A stretch of 56,870 bases of DNA from Chiloscyllium plagiosum (Eukaryota). Numbering within the stretch: position 1 is the first letter of the stretch; the number at the start of each line of letters is the position of its first letter. Below are positions 24,025-34,959 of the stretch, in pieces. The translations under genes were made by a program, and so were the position numbers. The notes under the pieces were generated by a model. The model was not told where the DNA came from and made no database searches. It saw nothing but the letters and a program-made list of their open reading frames with translations. The DNA is taken from assembly GCF_004010195.1 (NCBI RefSeq), contig NC_057711.1:82985237-83042106 (forward strand). Reading direction: 5' to 3'.

Positions 24025-24826
24025 AATTTTTTTTAACAACGGTAGTGCTTATATTTTCCCCAGCACCTGTGACACAGTAAAAGACACAAGGTGTACACAT
24101 CTGTATTCAATTTCCACCATCAGGAAGAAAAGAAACATCCAAGTGGCCAGTGACAAGCAGTGCCCTTCACATCAAAGGGCAATACTGTGTGATCAAAAAA
24201 AGTGAAGGGGATTAAATCAAAATAGAGTTGGGGGAAATAAAACACTCCACTCCCTGCCATGTTGAATTTTATTTTTTTTCAGCAGTGCCCTTCACATCAA
24301 AGGGCAATACTGTGTGATCAAAAAAAGTGAAGGGGATTAAATCAAAATAGAGTTGGGGGGAAATAAAACACTCCACTCCCTGCCATGTTGAATTTTATTT
24401 TTTTTTCCTTTTTCAAAAAAGAAACCAATAAAAATCAGTCTCCTCTTCTCCTTAAAGAGCAGAGTCCTTCCCTTCACACACTGGTTCCAGCTCCCTCAGA
24501 GGCAGCTCTGAGTGAAGAAGGTGACACTCCTGTTTGTTTTTTTTCTCTCTTAACCCCCACACTACCGCCGAACTGTGGTAGTGCTTATTTGTCCCCAGCA
24601 CCCATGTGTGTGTGTGTGCAGGTGTGAGACACAGTGAAAGACACAAGGAGCACAAATCTTTATTCAGTTTCCACCACCAGGAAGAAAGGAAACACCGAAA
24701 TGGCCAGTGACAAGCACTGCCCTTCACATCAAAGGGCAATGCTGTGTGATCAAACAGTGAAGGGGAGGGCAGGGATTAAATCAAAATAGAATTAGAGGGA
24801 GAAATAATGCACTCCACTCTCATGCC
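24025..24826 (-). mobile_element. Cluster of short Tx1 3'-end copies at one site, with a local 125-bp duplication and a transduced Tx1 5'-end piece
   Basis: The TSD atgttg(g/a)attt recurs at 24014, 24259, 24385 and 24827. The units match the Tx1 3' UTR. Confidence 0.85.
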
Positions 24827-25846
24827 ATGTTGGATTTTATTGATGTCTAACTTGTTTGTTGCAGTTGATAAGATAGGAAGCTGGATATTATTGAGACAAG
24901 TTGGACTGTTAACAAGGTGTTTGACAAACAATAATCCCTCTTAATTAGAAACTTGCTGTTGCCTAACCAGATACTCAATATAACGTTTGTCAAAAGTATA
25001 AACGATGTAGTGAGATGCTTCCAAAGTCAAGATGGGCCTCTCTAGACTCCTCCTCTAATTCTGCCATAAATCTCACCATAGCCCATGTCAGATAGCCCCT
25101 TATAAGGCTCCACCCCCACTTCTGTCTCTGCGTAATGCTACCTAACCTGCTAAAAGTTCACCTTCTGTTTTTATTTGTTGCTGTGTTTGCTGCATTCTAT
25201 GTTTCAGTTAATACATATTTAATCTCTGTCTCTATCCTCTCAACAAAGTAATCCTCTCATAATTTTAAATTTGTTTTAGTGAAATTAATCTAGAAATGTG
25301 ATCATTCATTGAAATAGCACCTGATCTCATAATCCTTGTATTGTTTAATGGCAATCTACTGAGAGAGACCCCTTGGGAATAAGCAACTATAATATTGTAG
25401 GACTCCTCATCAAAATGGAGACTGACATAGTGCATTCTGTTACTAGGGTCCTGAATCTAAATAGGGGAGACTACGATTGTATGAGACACAATGATTATGA
25501 TAAATTAGGGGTTATTACTTAAGAGGATGATGGTGAAAGGGTACTAGCAACCATTCAATAAGCACATGAGTGAACTGTAAACATTTTTCATTCTTGTCTG
25601 GAACAAAAGTAAAATGGGAAAGGTGGCCAAACAATGGCTTACAAGGGAAATTAGAGACAGTATTAGATCCAAGGAAGTGGCATACAAATTGGCCAGAAAA
25701 GAAATGGGCCTGAGGAGTGGGAGCATTTTAGAATTTAACAAAAGATGGATAAAGGGACTGATTTACAGGTGGAAAATGAGAAGTAGAGTAAGCTTGCGGG
25801 AAATATAAAACAAAATGACTGTAAAATTTGCTATAGGTATGTGAAG

Positions 25847-25942
25847 CTTCACTTGGAAGTCACCACTGAAGATGTTACCTAGCCAGGTAATGAAACGTCT
25901 GGATATCAAACCTACAGCTCAGCGAGCAAATCTACACCCTAA
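25847..25942 (+). mobile_element. Short Penelope-type terminal repeat inserted in CR1
   Basis: Interrupts the CR1 sequence after tatgtgaag and carries an intact hammerhead core. Confidence 0.65.
25863..25902 (+). ncRNA. Minimal type I hammerhead ribozyme motif
   Basis: cca-CTGAAGA-t-gttacct-agcc-aggtaat-GAAA-CG-TC-tgg. It has the conserved core, a 7-bp stem II, a palindromic ACGT stem III and a 3-bp stem I. Confidence 0.7.
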
Positions 25943-26872
25943 AGGGAAAAGATGTTAGGGACATTGATGAGATTGAAGGCCAACAAATCCACAGGGTCTG
26001 ATAATCAATATCCTAGAGTACTTCAGGAAGTGAGTCCAGAAATAATGGATACATTGGTGGTCACCTTCCATGATTCTACAGATCCTGGATTCTACAGATT
26101 GGAGGTTAGCTAATGTAACCCCTCTATTTAAGAAGGGAGACAGAAAGAAAGCCAGGAATTATAGACTAGTCAGTCTGATATCATTAGTAAGGAAATGATA
26201 GAATCCATTTTAATAGCTAACCATTTGGAAAATAATGCCAAGACTGGGCAGAGCCAGCTGGAGTTATGAAAGAGAAATCAAGCTTGAAAAATCTACTGAA
26301 ATTTTTTTCAGAATTTAACTATCAACTACAGTGAGGTCAGTGGGTATGGTTTATTTGGACTTTCAGAAGGCTTTTGACAAAGTCCCACATCAAAGCTAGT
26401 GTGTAAAAATTAAATCACACAGGGTTGGAGGTATTCAGATAGATAGGAAATTGGTTGGCAGATGGGAAACAAAAGTAAGAATAAACTGGTCCTTTTCTGA
26501 ATAGCAGTAAATGACTTGTGGAGGTACCTTAGAGATCAGTGTTAACTCCAGCTATCCACAATATTTTTAATGATTTGGATGAGGGAACTAAAAGTGTTAT
26601 CTCCAGATTTGCAGAAGTCACAAAGTTGGATGGGAGGATGAACAGTGAAGAGGATGAGATGCTTCAGATTTTAAGAAAGAGTTGGATATAGCACTTGGGC
26701 TAAAGGTATCAAAGGATACGGTGGGAGGTGTTGGCACGCAATCAGGAACGGGCTATTGAGTTGGATGATAAGACATGATCATAATGATCAAAAGGCTGAA
26801 TGGTCTACTCTTGCTCCTATGTTCCATCTTTTTATGTTTGTAATGCAAAATTGAATATGAAGTTGTATCACT

Positions 26873-27412
26873 TCAATACTGTTGGAATATTGCGTGCAAT
26901 TCTGGTCTCCTTCCTATCGGAAAGATGTTGTGAAACTTGAAAGGGTTCAGAAAAGATTTACAAGGATATTGCCAGAGTTGGAGGATTTGAGCTATAAGGA
27001 GGGCCTGTTTTCCCTGGAGCATCGGAGGCTGAGGGGTGACCTTATAGAGGTTTATAAAATTGAGGGGCATGGATAGGCTAAATAGATAGTCTTTTCCCTG
27101 TGGACGGGGTGTCCAGAACTAGAGGGCATAGGTTTAGGTTGAGAGGAGAAAGATATAAAAGAGACCTAAGGGGCAACTTTTTCACGCAGAGGGTGGTACG
27201 TGTATGTAATGAGCTGCCAGAGGAAGTGGTGGAGGCTGGTACAATTGCAACATTGAAGAGGCATTTTGATGGTTATATGAATAGGAAGGGTTTGGACAGA
27301 TATGGGCCAGATGCTGGCAGATGGGACTAGATTGGGTTGGGATATCTGGTCAGCATGGACGGGTTGGTCCGAAGAGTCTGTTTCCATGCTGTACATCTCC
27401 ACGACTCTATGA
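26873..27412 (+). mobile_element. CR1 (HER1-like) LINE 3' fragment
   Basis: EYCVQFWSP...[12 protein letters not shown] and NFFTQRVVRV; tail ctctatgact. Confidence 0.9.
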
Positions 27413-27452
27413 CTTGGTTTAAGTGTTGGTTGATATAGGGAAGGCTATGAGA

Positions 27453-27676
27453 AAGGAGAAAGTGAGGACTGCAGATGCTGGAGATCAGAGCTGAAAATGT
27501 GTTGCTGGAAAGGCGCAGTAGGTCAGGCAGCATCCAAGGAGCAGGAGAATCGACATTTCGGGCATGAGCCCTTCTTCAGGAATCATTCCTGAAGAAGGGC
27601 TTATGCCTGAAACATCGATTCTCCTGCTCCTTGGATGCTGCCTGATCTGCTGCGCCTTTCCAGCAATACATTTTCA
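27453..27676. mobile_element. Fold-back Penelope terminal-repeat insertion with two opposed hammerhead cores
   Basis: Inverted arms around ggaatcattcc. CTGAAGA-agggc-ttat-gcct-GAAA at 27589-27612, with its mirror at 27548-27580. TSD aggctatgaga at 27442-27452 and 27677-27687. Confidence 0.9.
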
Positions 27677-29159
27677 AGGCTATGAGAGAACAACAATTGG
27701 ATGGTAATATTGTTGAATTACTTTTCAGGTGTTGCAGAATATTTCCAGTATTCTGGATTGCAAATCAACCTTTGATCGTATAATATTTAATAAACTTTTG
27801 GATATGTTCAAATTGATTTTTGCTGTGACATTTCAGCAGTTCCAATGGGGCTCTGAACTGAGCTAGGAGTTGAACACGAGCAATTTGGCTGATGTTTCCT
27901 TCATTCAGCCAATAGCATTAGGACAATTGTTGCACCACTAGCTTCAGTCTAGATGAGATCAGCTGCTTAAACACAGGCCAAGAAACAAACAACACAGCTT
28001 TCTCTTGTGCATGGATCAGGATCATACCACATAGTAATTTTAGCCATCAAGTCACCGATTCAATAACTATCACATCCTTTGCTTATCCATGCTACTTCGC
28101 TGCTGTGAAAATGTCTCTGTGCCCAAGTCGTTCTCAAAGTAGAAAGAAAAGCAAAGAAGTCTGAGCTGAAATTAAAATAATATTAAAAAGTATGTCTAAA
28201 AATGAAGAATGCCTGAATGAATTAAAATGACAGGTGAAAACAAGTGGATAAAACTATGTAATGAGCTGTCCAGGAAAAAATAGGTGTTGTCTATATGTAT
28301 TAATTACTTTTTGTACTCTGACCCAAGCAACAATAAAACTGGCTCCATTCCATCGTAATGCAAGCATAAAGCAAATAGACAGTTTATTTGATGGCAGCTA
28401 AACTGCAAGTTAATGACATCAATTAAATAGATTAAGTAATAAAGTTGCATGACAATAAGCAGACTCAATGGCAAAGCAAACAATTGATTTTGCAGAGAAA
28501 ATGACCTGAGCTCACAGAATATTAAAACACTTCACAAGTCGTACATTAACCCAAAATGGAGGTTTCCCAATTTTTACAGCTTTGTTTTGCTAAATAGTTA
28601 CACAACAACCGCAACTAAATGGTTCACAACCGATATTAAAAATACATGACATACCTTTGACACAGGAGATACAGGAATGGTTAGGGTTCTGCATTCACTG
28701 ATGAAATATCACTGCTTTCATGTAATGATTCTCATGATACATTTATTTTAATTATTTATGATTATATTATTAGAGGACTATAGAATACTTTCATTTGAAA
28801 AAATATGATGCAGAACTACTAAAATTAAATAGATCGCAGCAAGTATTTTGAATTCTACCCATGTATTTACATAAAAATTGAAACTTGCAGAATAGAACGG
28901 CAGCTTTGGAATACAGATCTTAACCTACATGGAAGAACATAGTAGAGATCTGGGACCAATTCATATTCATTTATGGTGAAGACATCAAGGAGCCAACGAG
29001 AGACAGGGCCGTATTTAAAGGTTTAATTATTCATAAGGCATTTATGGTTCAGTTGGAATATTGTGTGGTATAGTTTTTGGTTAAGAAATAGCTGCAAAAC
29101 GTGTAATCATTTTTGGTCACCATATTTATTACTAAGTTATAGAGCCTCACTTGAATTTT

Positions 29160-29945
29160 TAATATTTATTCATGGGCTTTGGACAGCACTGGCTGGACTG
29201 GTATTTATTGCCCATCGCTATTTGTCCTTGAGACAATGCTAGTGTGCTGCTGCCTTGAACTGCTGCAGTCAATGTGCTGTCAGTACCACAATACAATTAA
29301 GGAAGGAATTCCAGAACTTAGAATAGGTGACACTGAAGGAATGACAATATATTTCCAGCTCAGGACAGTGTGTGGCTTAGAGGGGAACTTGCATATGGTG
29401 GAGTTCACCTGCACATGTGGGGCATTTTCCTTTTGAGATATTAATAATCATGGATTTGGAAGGTGCTGTCTAAGGAGGCTGGGCGAATTCCTGTAGAGCT
29501 TCTTGTAGCTAGTACACACTGCTGCTGAGCATTGGTGGTGAAAGGCATACATGTTTGTGGATATGGTGCCCATCAAGCGGGCTGCTTTGTCCTTGATAGT
29601 GTCAAGCTTTTTGAATGATGTTGCATCCACATTCATCCAGGCAATAGAGAGTATTCCATCACATTCCTAACTTATGGATGGGGGACAGTCTTTGGGGATT
29701 CAAGAGGTGAGTTACTTGATGCAGAATTCCTAGCCTTTGACCTGTCTTGAATCCACAATATTTATATTGAGAGTCCAGTTCAGTTTCTGGTCAATGCTCA
29801 CACCCAGAACATTGATAGTAAGAGATTTGGTAAAGGTAATACCATTGAATGTTAGGGAGAAATGGTTAGAATCCCTCTTATTGGAAATGTTCATTGCCCG
29901 GCACTTGTATGGTATGAATGACATTTGCCACTTGTCAGCCCAAGC
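29160..29945 (-). mobile_element. CR1-clade LINE 3' fragment (same family as 41236-44250)
   Basis: WADKWQMSF...INVLGVSIDQKLNW and KKLDTIKDKAARLMG, with the shared 3' tail. Confidence 0.85.
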
Positions 29946-30407
29946 TGACTTCTGTAATGTGTCCAATAAGATAAAGTAACACATTACTCAAGAGTTTCCA
30001 GAGTAGATTTTGATGGAGACTTGACAGTGTGCCAGTAAGTTTCAGCAGTCTTTCTCACAGCTTGTACAGCAATGACTAGGCTGATGGATTGTCAAGGAAA
30101 AAAGCTGTTTCATCCATGTAGATTTTGCTATTGACTATATTCCTAGTGTTGACTGAGTTGGCTATATTGGTAAGTGATTGGTCATCATCTTCTCAACTTC
30201 CATAGAGCTTGGAATGATTCCTGCAGATTTGAAGCTTGTCTAAACCTAACCTCACTATTTTTAAAAAGTGCCAAGCAAAACAACAGATCAATTGACCTTA
30301 CATCTGAGGTCAGAAAGATGCTAGAATCCTATAAGGAACATGATAAATGGACACTTGAATAGAAGTTATCTGACTGGACATAGTCAGCATGGGTTTGTGA
30401 ATAGAAA

Positions 30408-30620
30408 GAGCTGAAAATGTGTTGCTGGAAAAGCGCAGCAGGTCAGGCAGCATCCAAGGAGTAGGAGAATCGACGTTTCGGGCATGAGCCCTTCTTCAGG
30501 CTCGGGCTCATGCCCGAAATGTCGATTCTCCTACTCCTTGGATGCTGCCTGACCTGCTGCGCTTTTCCAGCAACACATTTTCAGCTCTGATCTCCAGCAT
30601 CTGCAGTCCTCACTTTCTCC
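30408..30620. mobile_element. Fold-back Penelope terminal-repeat insertion
   Basis: Near-perfect inverted arms. 14-bp TSD tttgtgaatagaaa at 30394-30407 and 30621-30634. Confidence 0.92.
30467..30500 (-). ncRNA. Minimal hammerhead ribozyme core in the Penelope terminal repeat
   Basis: Minus strand reads c-CTGAAGA-a-gggc-tcat-gccc-GAAA-CG-TC-gattc. Stem I is truncated by the inversion junction. Confidence 0.6.
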
Positions 30621-30739
30621 TTTGTGAATAGAAAATCTTGTGTCACAACCTTGAAATATTTTGAGGATATTACTAACAAAATTGATAAATGGGAGTTGAT
30701 GGCTCTCGCTCATTTGGCTTTTGATAAATTCTTGAATCC

Positions 30740-32068
30740 ACTATCAAGGACTTTCTCGCTGAGCATTTAGAAAGCAGTGGCAGGATCAGACAGAGTCAGC
30801 ATGGATTTATGAAGGGGAACTCACGCTTGACAAATCTATTGGAATTCTATGAAAATGTAACTAGTAGAGTTGACAAGAGGGAGCCAGTCAATGTGGTATG
30901 TTTGGATTTTTTGAAAGCATTTGACAAAGTCCGTCATAAGAGATTATTCGGCAAGATTAAAGCACATAGGATTGGGGGGAATATATTGAGCCAGCTAGAA
31001 AACTGATCAACAGAGAGGAAACAAAGAGTAGGAATTAATGGGTTCTTTTCAAACTGACAGGCAGTAACTCATGGGGTGCCACAGGGAACAATGCTGGCAC
31101 CCTAGCTATTCACAATATATGTTAATGAATTGGATGAGGGAACAAAATGTAACATCTCAAAGTTTGCAGATGATACCAAGTTGGGTGGGAGGGTGAACTG
31201 TGACAAGGATGCAGAGATCCTTCAGCAGATTCTGGACAGGTTGGGTGAGTGGGCAAATCAATGGCAGATGCAGTATAATCTGGAAAAATGTGAAGTTATT
31301 CATTTTGGAAGCAAAAACAAGAAGGGAGAGGGGAGTGTGCAACAGGACCTGGGTGTCCTTGTGCACCAGTTGCTGAAGGTAACTGTGCAGGTGCAGCAGG
31401 CGGTAAAGAAGGCAAATGGTATGTTGGCCTTCATTGCGAGAGGTTTTGAGTATAGGAGCAATGATGTGTTGTTGCAGTTATACAGGGCTTTGGTGAAGCC
31501 ACACTAGATTACTGTGCGCAGTTGTGGTCTCCTTTTTTGAGGAAGGATGCTCTTGCTCGTGAGGGAATGCAGCGAAGGTTTACCAGGCTGATTCCAGGAT
31601 GGCGGGACTGATGTATGTGGAGAGTTTGACTAGGTTGGGATTGTTTTCACTCGAGTTCAAATAAGTGAGGGAGAGAATCTCATAGAGATTTATAAAATGT
31701 TAATAGGACTAGACAGGGTAGATGCAGAGAGGATGTTCCTGATGGTGGGTGTGTCCAGAAACAGGGGTCACAGTCTAAGGACTTGGACTGGACCATTTAG
31801 GATGGAGATGACGAGATGTTTCTTCACTCAAAGAGTGAGCCTGTGGAATTCATTATCACAAAGTAATTGATGCCAAAACATTGAATGTATTCAAGAGGCA
31901 GCGACATATATCACTTGGGGCAAATGGATAATCTCCCAAAAGATTATGGGAGAAAGTAGGACTAGGCTATTGAGTTGAATGATCAGCCATGATTGTGATG
32001 AAAGGTGGAGCAGGCTGGAAGGGTCGAATGACCTCCTCCTGCCCTTATCTTCTACGTTTTTATGTTTC
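30740..32068 (+). mobile_element. CR1 LINE RT and 3' end
   Basis: LTNLLEFYE, LDFLKAFDKVRH, SKFADDTKLGG, WANQWQMQYN. Confidence 0.92.
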
Positions 32069-32670
32069 ACATAAGGTGGGTTAGCAAAATTAACGCAGAT
32101 GGGAAAGGAGATAATGTACTGGCATGGATTAAGAATTGGCTAACAGACTGGAATCAGACAGGAAAAATAAAAAGATCATTCTCACTTTGGCAGGCTGAGA
32201 CCAGTGGGTAACCACAAGAACAGTATTGAATTCACAGTTGTTCACAATATAAATCAATTATTCAGATATGGGGACCAAATGTAGATGCAAAGCTAAGCAG
32301 AAATATGTGTTGTCAAGGAGATGTGAAACATTTTTTTCAGGAAAACTTCGACTGGAATTAGTGAGCAAGAATATGGAAGAAAATGTGGAAGAAGTTGAGA
32401 TTATCCACTTTGGTAGAAAGAATAGATGCACAGATTATTTGTCCAGTTGGAAAATGCAGATGTGCAAAGGGACCTGGGTGTTCTTGTTAATAAGTCTTTG
32501 AAGGCGCAGGTGCAGCTAAGCTATAAGGAAGGCCAATAGAATGTTAGTCTTTATCGCAAGAAGATGGGATTACAGTGAAATCTTGCTACAATTAGAAAAG
32601 AGCATGGTTAGACTGCACCTGGAATACTTTGTGTAGTTTTGGTCTCCTTATCTCAGAAAATATATTATTG

Positions 32671-33370
32671 GGACTTTTGGACATTCTGAGGGACTCCTTC
32701 CTATGAAATGGAAATTACCTTTGCACAGTGCAGGGATGTCGTGCCTTAGGACAGAAACCTACTAATGCTGAAGTCATGAAGATGCTTGACAGACTGAAAC
32801 TGGAAAAGATCAACCTAAAGATGCTGGACTTTGAGACTTCCCTCCCCATACTGCAGCATATCACCAAGAACAAGAACCAAGGCATATTGAGGACTTTGTC
32901 GAAGGTCTGAAAGTCTTTGACAAGGAACGAAATAGCACCGTCATGGGAGTTGAGTTTTGTCACATGCTGCCGACACTGGGTCAGAAAGTGTCAGACAGTG
33001 AGATGGAGCAGCGAATGGCAGGTCACAAACACTTGAATGGATGTGTCAGTTCTGAAGCTTTCGTCAAACATATCACGATGAAGTGTTGAGTTCTGAGTGT
33101 GAGCAATGTGAGTATAAATAAACTCCAGGAACAGCAAACAGTGAAATCTTTGCAACAACAGCCTCCTTCGATGACACTCTGTGAGTGAGAAGCCATCATG
33201 TATCCCTGGGAAGATCCACTCAATCACATGTTTGCACTAAATCCTTTTGTATCCCAATGTGCGCGGGCTTATGTGTGCTTCACCATATCATGTGCCTATC
33301 TTATGTTCCAGTACATTTTAAATTTCTATTAGCTTTTACCACAAATTAATTTTAACAGAAGATAAGAAAA
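32671..33370 (+). pseudogene. MYL4: 5'-truncated processed pseudogene of a cardiac/slow myosin essential light chain (MYL4/MYL3-like)
   Basis: Across frameshifts it reads [31 protein letters not shown]...[47 protein letters not shown].....EQ.MAG....NGCV..EAFVKHI. It is intronless, with a stop at about 33087-33089, then a UTR and an A-rich end. MYL4 versus MYL3 is not certain. Confidence 0.88.
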
Positions 33371-34689
33371 ATTCTTGTCACAGAGGGAGTGCAACAAGAC
33401 TGCATCAGGCTCTTCCTAGGATAGTGAGATTATTCTGTGAAGAAAGATTGAGCAAACTGGGCCCATTTAGCTAAAGGTTTGAAGAATGAAAGGTGGTTTC
33501 ATAGAAGTTTATAAAGTACTTAAAGGGACAGATAGGGTACATGCAGGTAAAATGTTCCTCTGTCTGGGGAGGCTGGAACCATAGGGCATATTTTAGAATA
33601 AGGGATATACCATTTCTTATACTCAGAGGATGCTGAGTCTTTGGAAATCATATCCAAGAGGGCTACTGAAGCTCAATTACATTTAAGACATATTTGAATA
33701 TATTTAAAGTAGAGGTTGATGCATTTTTGATTTATCAATGGAATAGATGTTTAGGGCAATGGTGTGGGTAAAAGCCATTGTAATGTTTAATTTACCCTGA
33801 TCATATTGAATGGTGAAGCAGTGCTAACAGGCTGAATAACCTGCTTGTGTTCCTATATTCTTACGTAAGGGAAATAGAGAAGTTGTGATGCCAGAGAACT
33901 GAAAAATAAACTCTTAGGAACTAAACAGATATGGCTTGAGATGATTGAGGAAATGAGCAGCAGGAATGTGAGCACTTGCACATGGACATAGTGCTGCAGT
34001 AAGTTTGGTGACCTTATCTGTGCAGGAAAGATAAATGGTATTCCACATTCAGTTAAAAACTTCCTTATTATGATTTCCCCGCATCTCATGTACACCACTT
34101 TTGAGATCAATAATTATTACGAATGCTCAAAGTTGGAGAGAGATTAGATTGGTCCATTCCACTGAGTGCCATAAGGTTTACATCAATGGAAACAGTAGCC
34201 ACCTACATGGAGGAACAAATGTGGCAGGCAACCAAATGTACATGTTGGCCTTATTGGTCACCCGCAAACTCAATCTGACAACTTAACTAGAAGGAAGGAA
34301 AGCTTCATATTGCCATTTAGTACATCACTGAAGTGCAGAAAAGTTTTCATTATTGGCTGCAACAGAACATGGGCAACGAGAGAGAAGATGGAGAAAGGGG
34401 ACAATAACAGGGACTTTGGTCAATACTTCTCCCAACTTATCATCTGTGTCCCAGTGTACCCTGACTGCCTAGTTCTACCAAGGTCGCAGCCAATAATGAA
34501 AACATTTTTTTGCACTTCAGTGATCTGCTAAATGGCCATGTGAAGCTTTCTTCCCTTCTATTTAAGTTATCAGGTACAGCAATTCAAAAGAATATTAAGA
34601 AAAGAAAGAAAAACTAATTTCATGTAAGATATTATTTTGGAGTTTGACATAATGTCGCTTTCAACATCAATTATCACTGTTTATACACC

Positions 34690-34845
34690 ATAGTAGTCCA
34701 AAGATGTGCAGGTTAGGTGAATTATTCATGTTAAATTACTCAGTGTCTAGGGATGTGCAGGCTAGGTGGATTAGCCGCACGAAATGCAAGGTTACAGGGA
34801 TAAGGTAGTGGGGTGGGTCTGGGTGAATTGCTCTTTGGTGGGTCA
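34690..34845 (+). mobile_element. HE1/V-SINE 3' half
   Basis: gtccaaagatgtgcaggttaggtgaatt...gggtgggtctgggtg is the complement of the 2303-2640 SINE body. It probably extends to about 34905. Confidence 0.75.
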
Positions 34846-34959
34846 GTGTAAACTCAATTGTCTGAATAGCCTATTTCCACACAGTAGGGGTTCTCTGATT
34901 ATATGATCCAATACTGGTGACAGATTGCAGACCTCTGAGATACTGGAGGTTATGTGCAT

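Larger units (their letters stand above)
25340..26840 (+). mobile_element. CR1 LINE ORF2 remnant with internal deletions
   Basis: Decayed sequences for WRLANVTPLFKKG, NYRLVSL, YLDFQKAFDKVPH and SRFA, and a typical 3' end cctactcttgctcctatgtt. Confidence 0.85.
30260..33855 (+). mobile_element. Old CR1 LINE remnant hosting three nested insertions (Penelope, younger CR1, MYL retrocopy)
   Basis: The RT sequence is broken at AFDK (about 30730) and resumes at cacataag (32069). It is broken again at 32670 and resumes at about 33371. Confidence 0.75.

Noticed and set aside
27453..27676. Palindromic elements as MITEs or DNA transposons
   Set aside because: The arms are asymmetric, TSD lengths vary, and the sequence matches the terminal repeat of GIY-YIG Penelope elements at 9783-10594 and 39024-39832.
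28920..29012. Possible minus-strand exon (GPVSRWLLDVFTINEYELVPDLYYVLPC) ending at a GT donor-like site
   Set aside because: No recognisable protein similarity and no convincing acceptor, so it cannot be supported.
32671..33089. Functional myosin light chain gene
   Set aside because: No start or N-terminus, multiple frameshifts, no introns, and embedded in a CR1.
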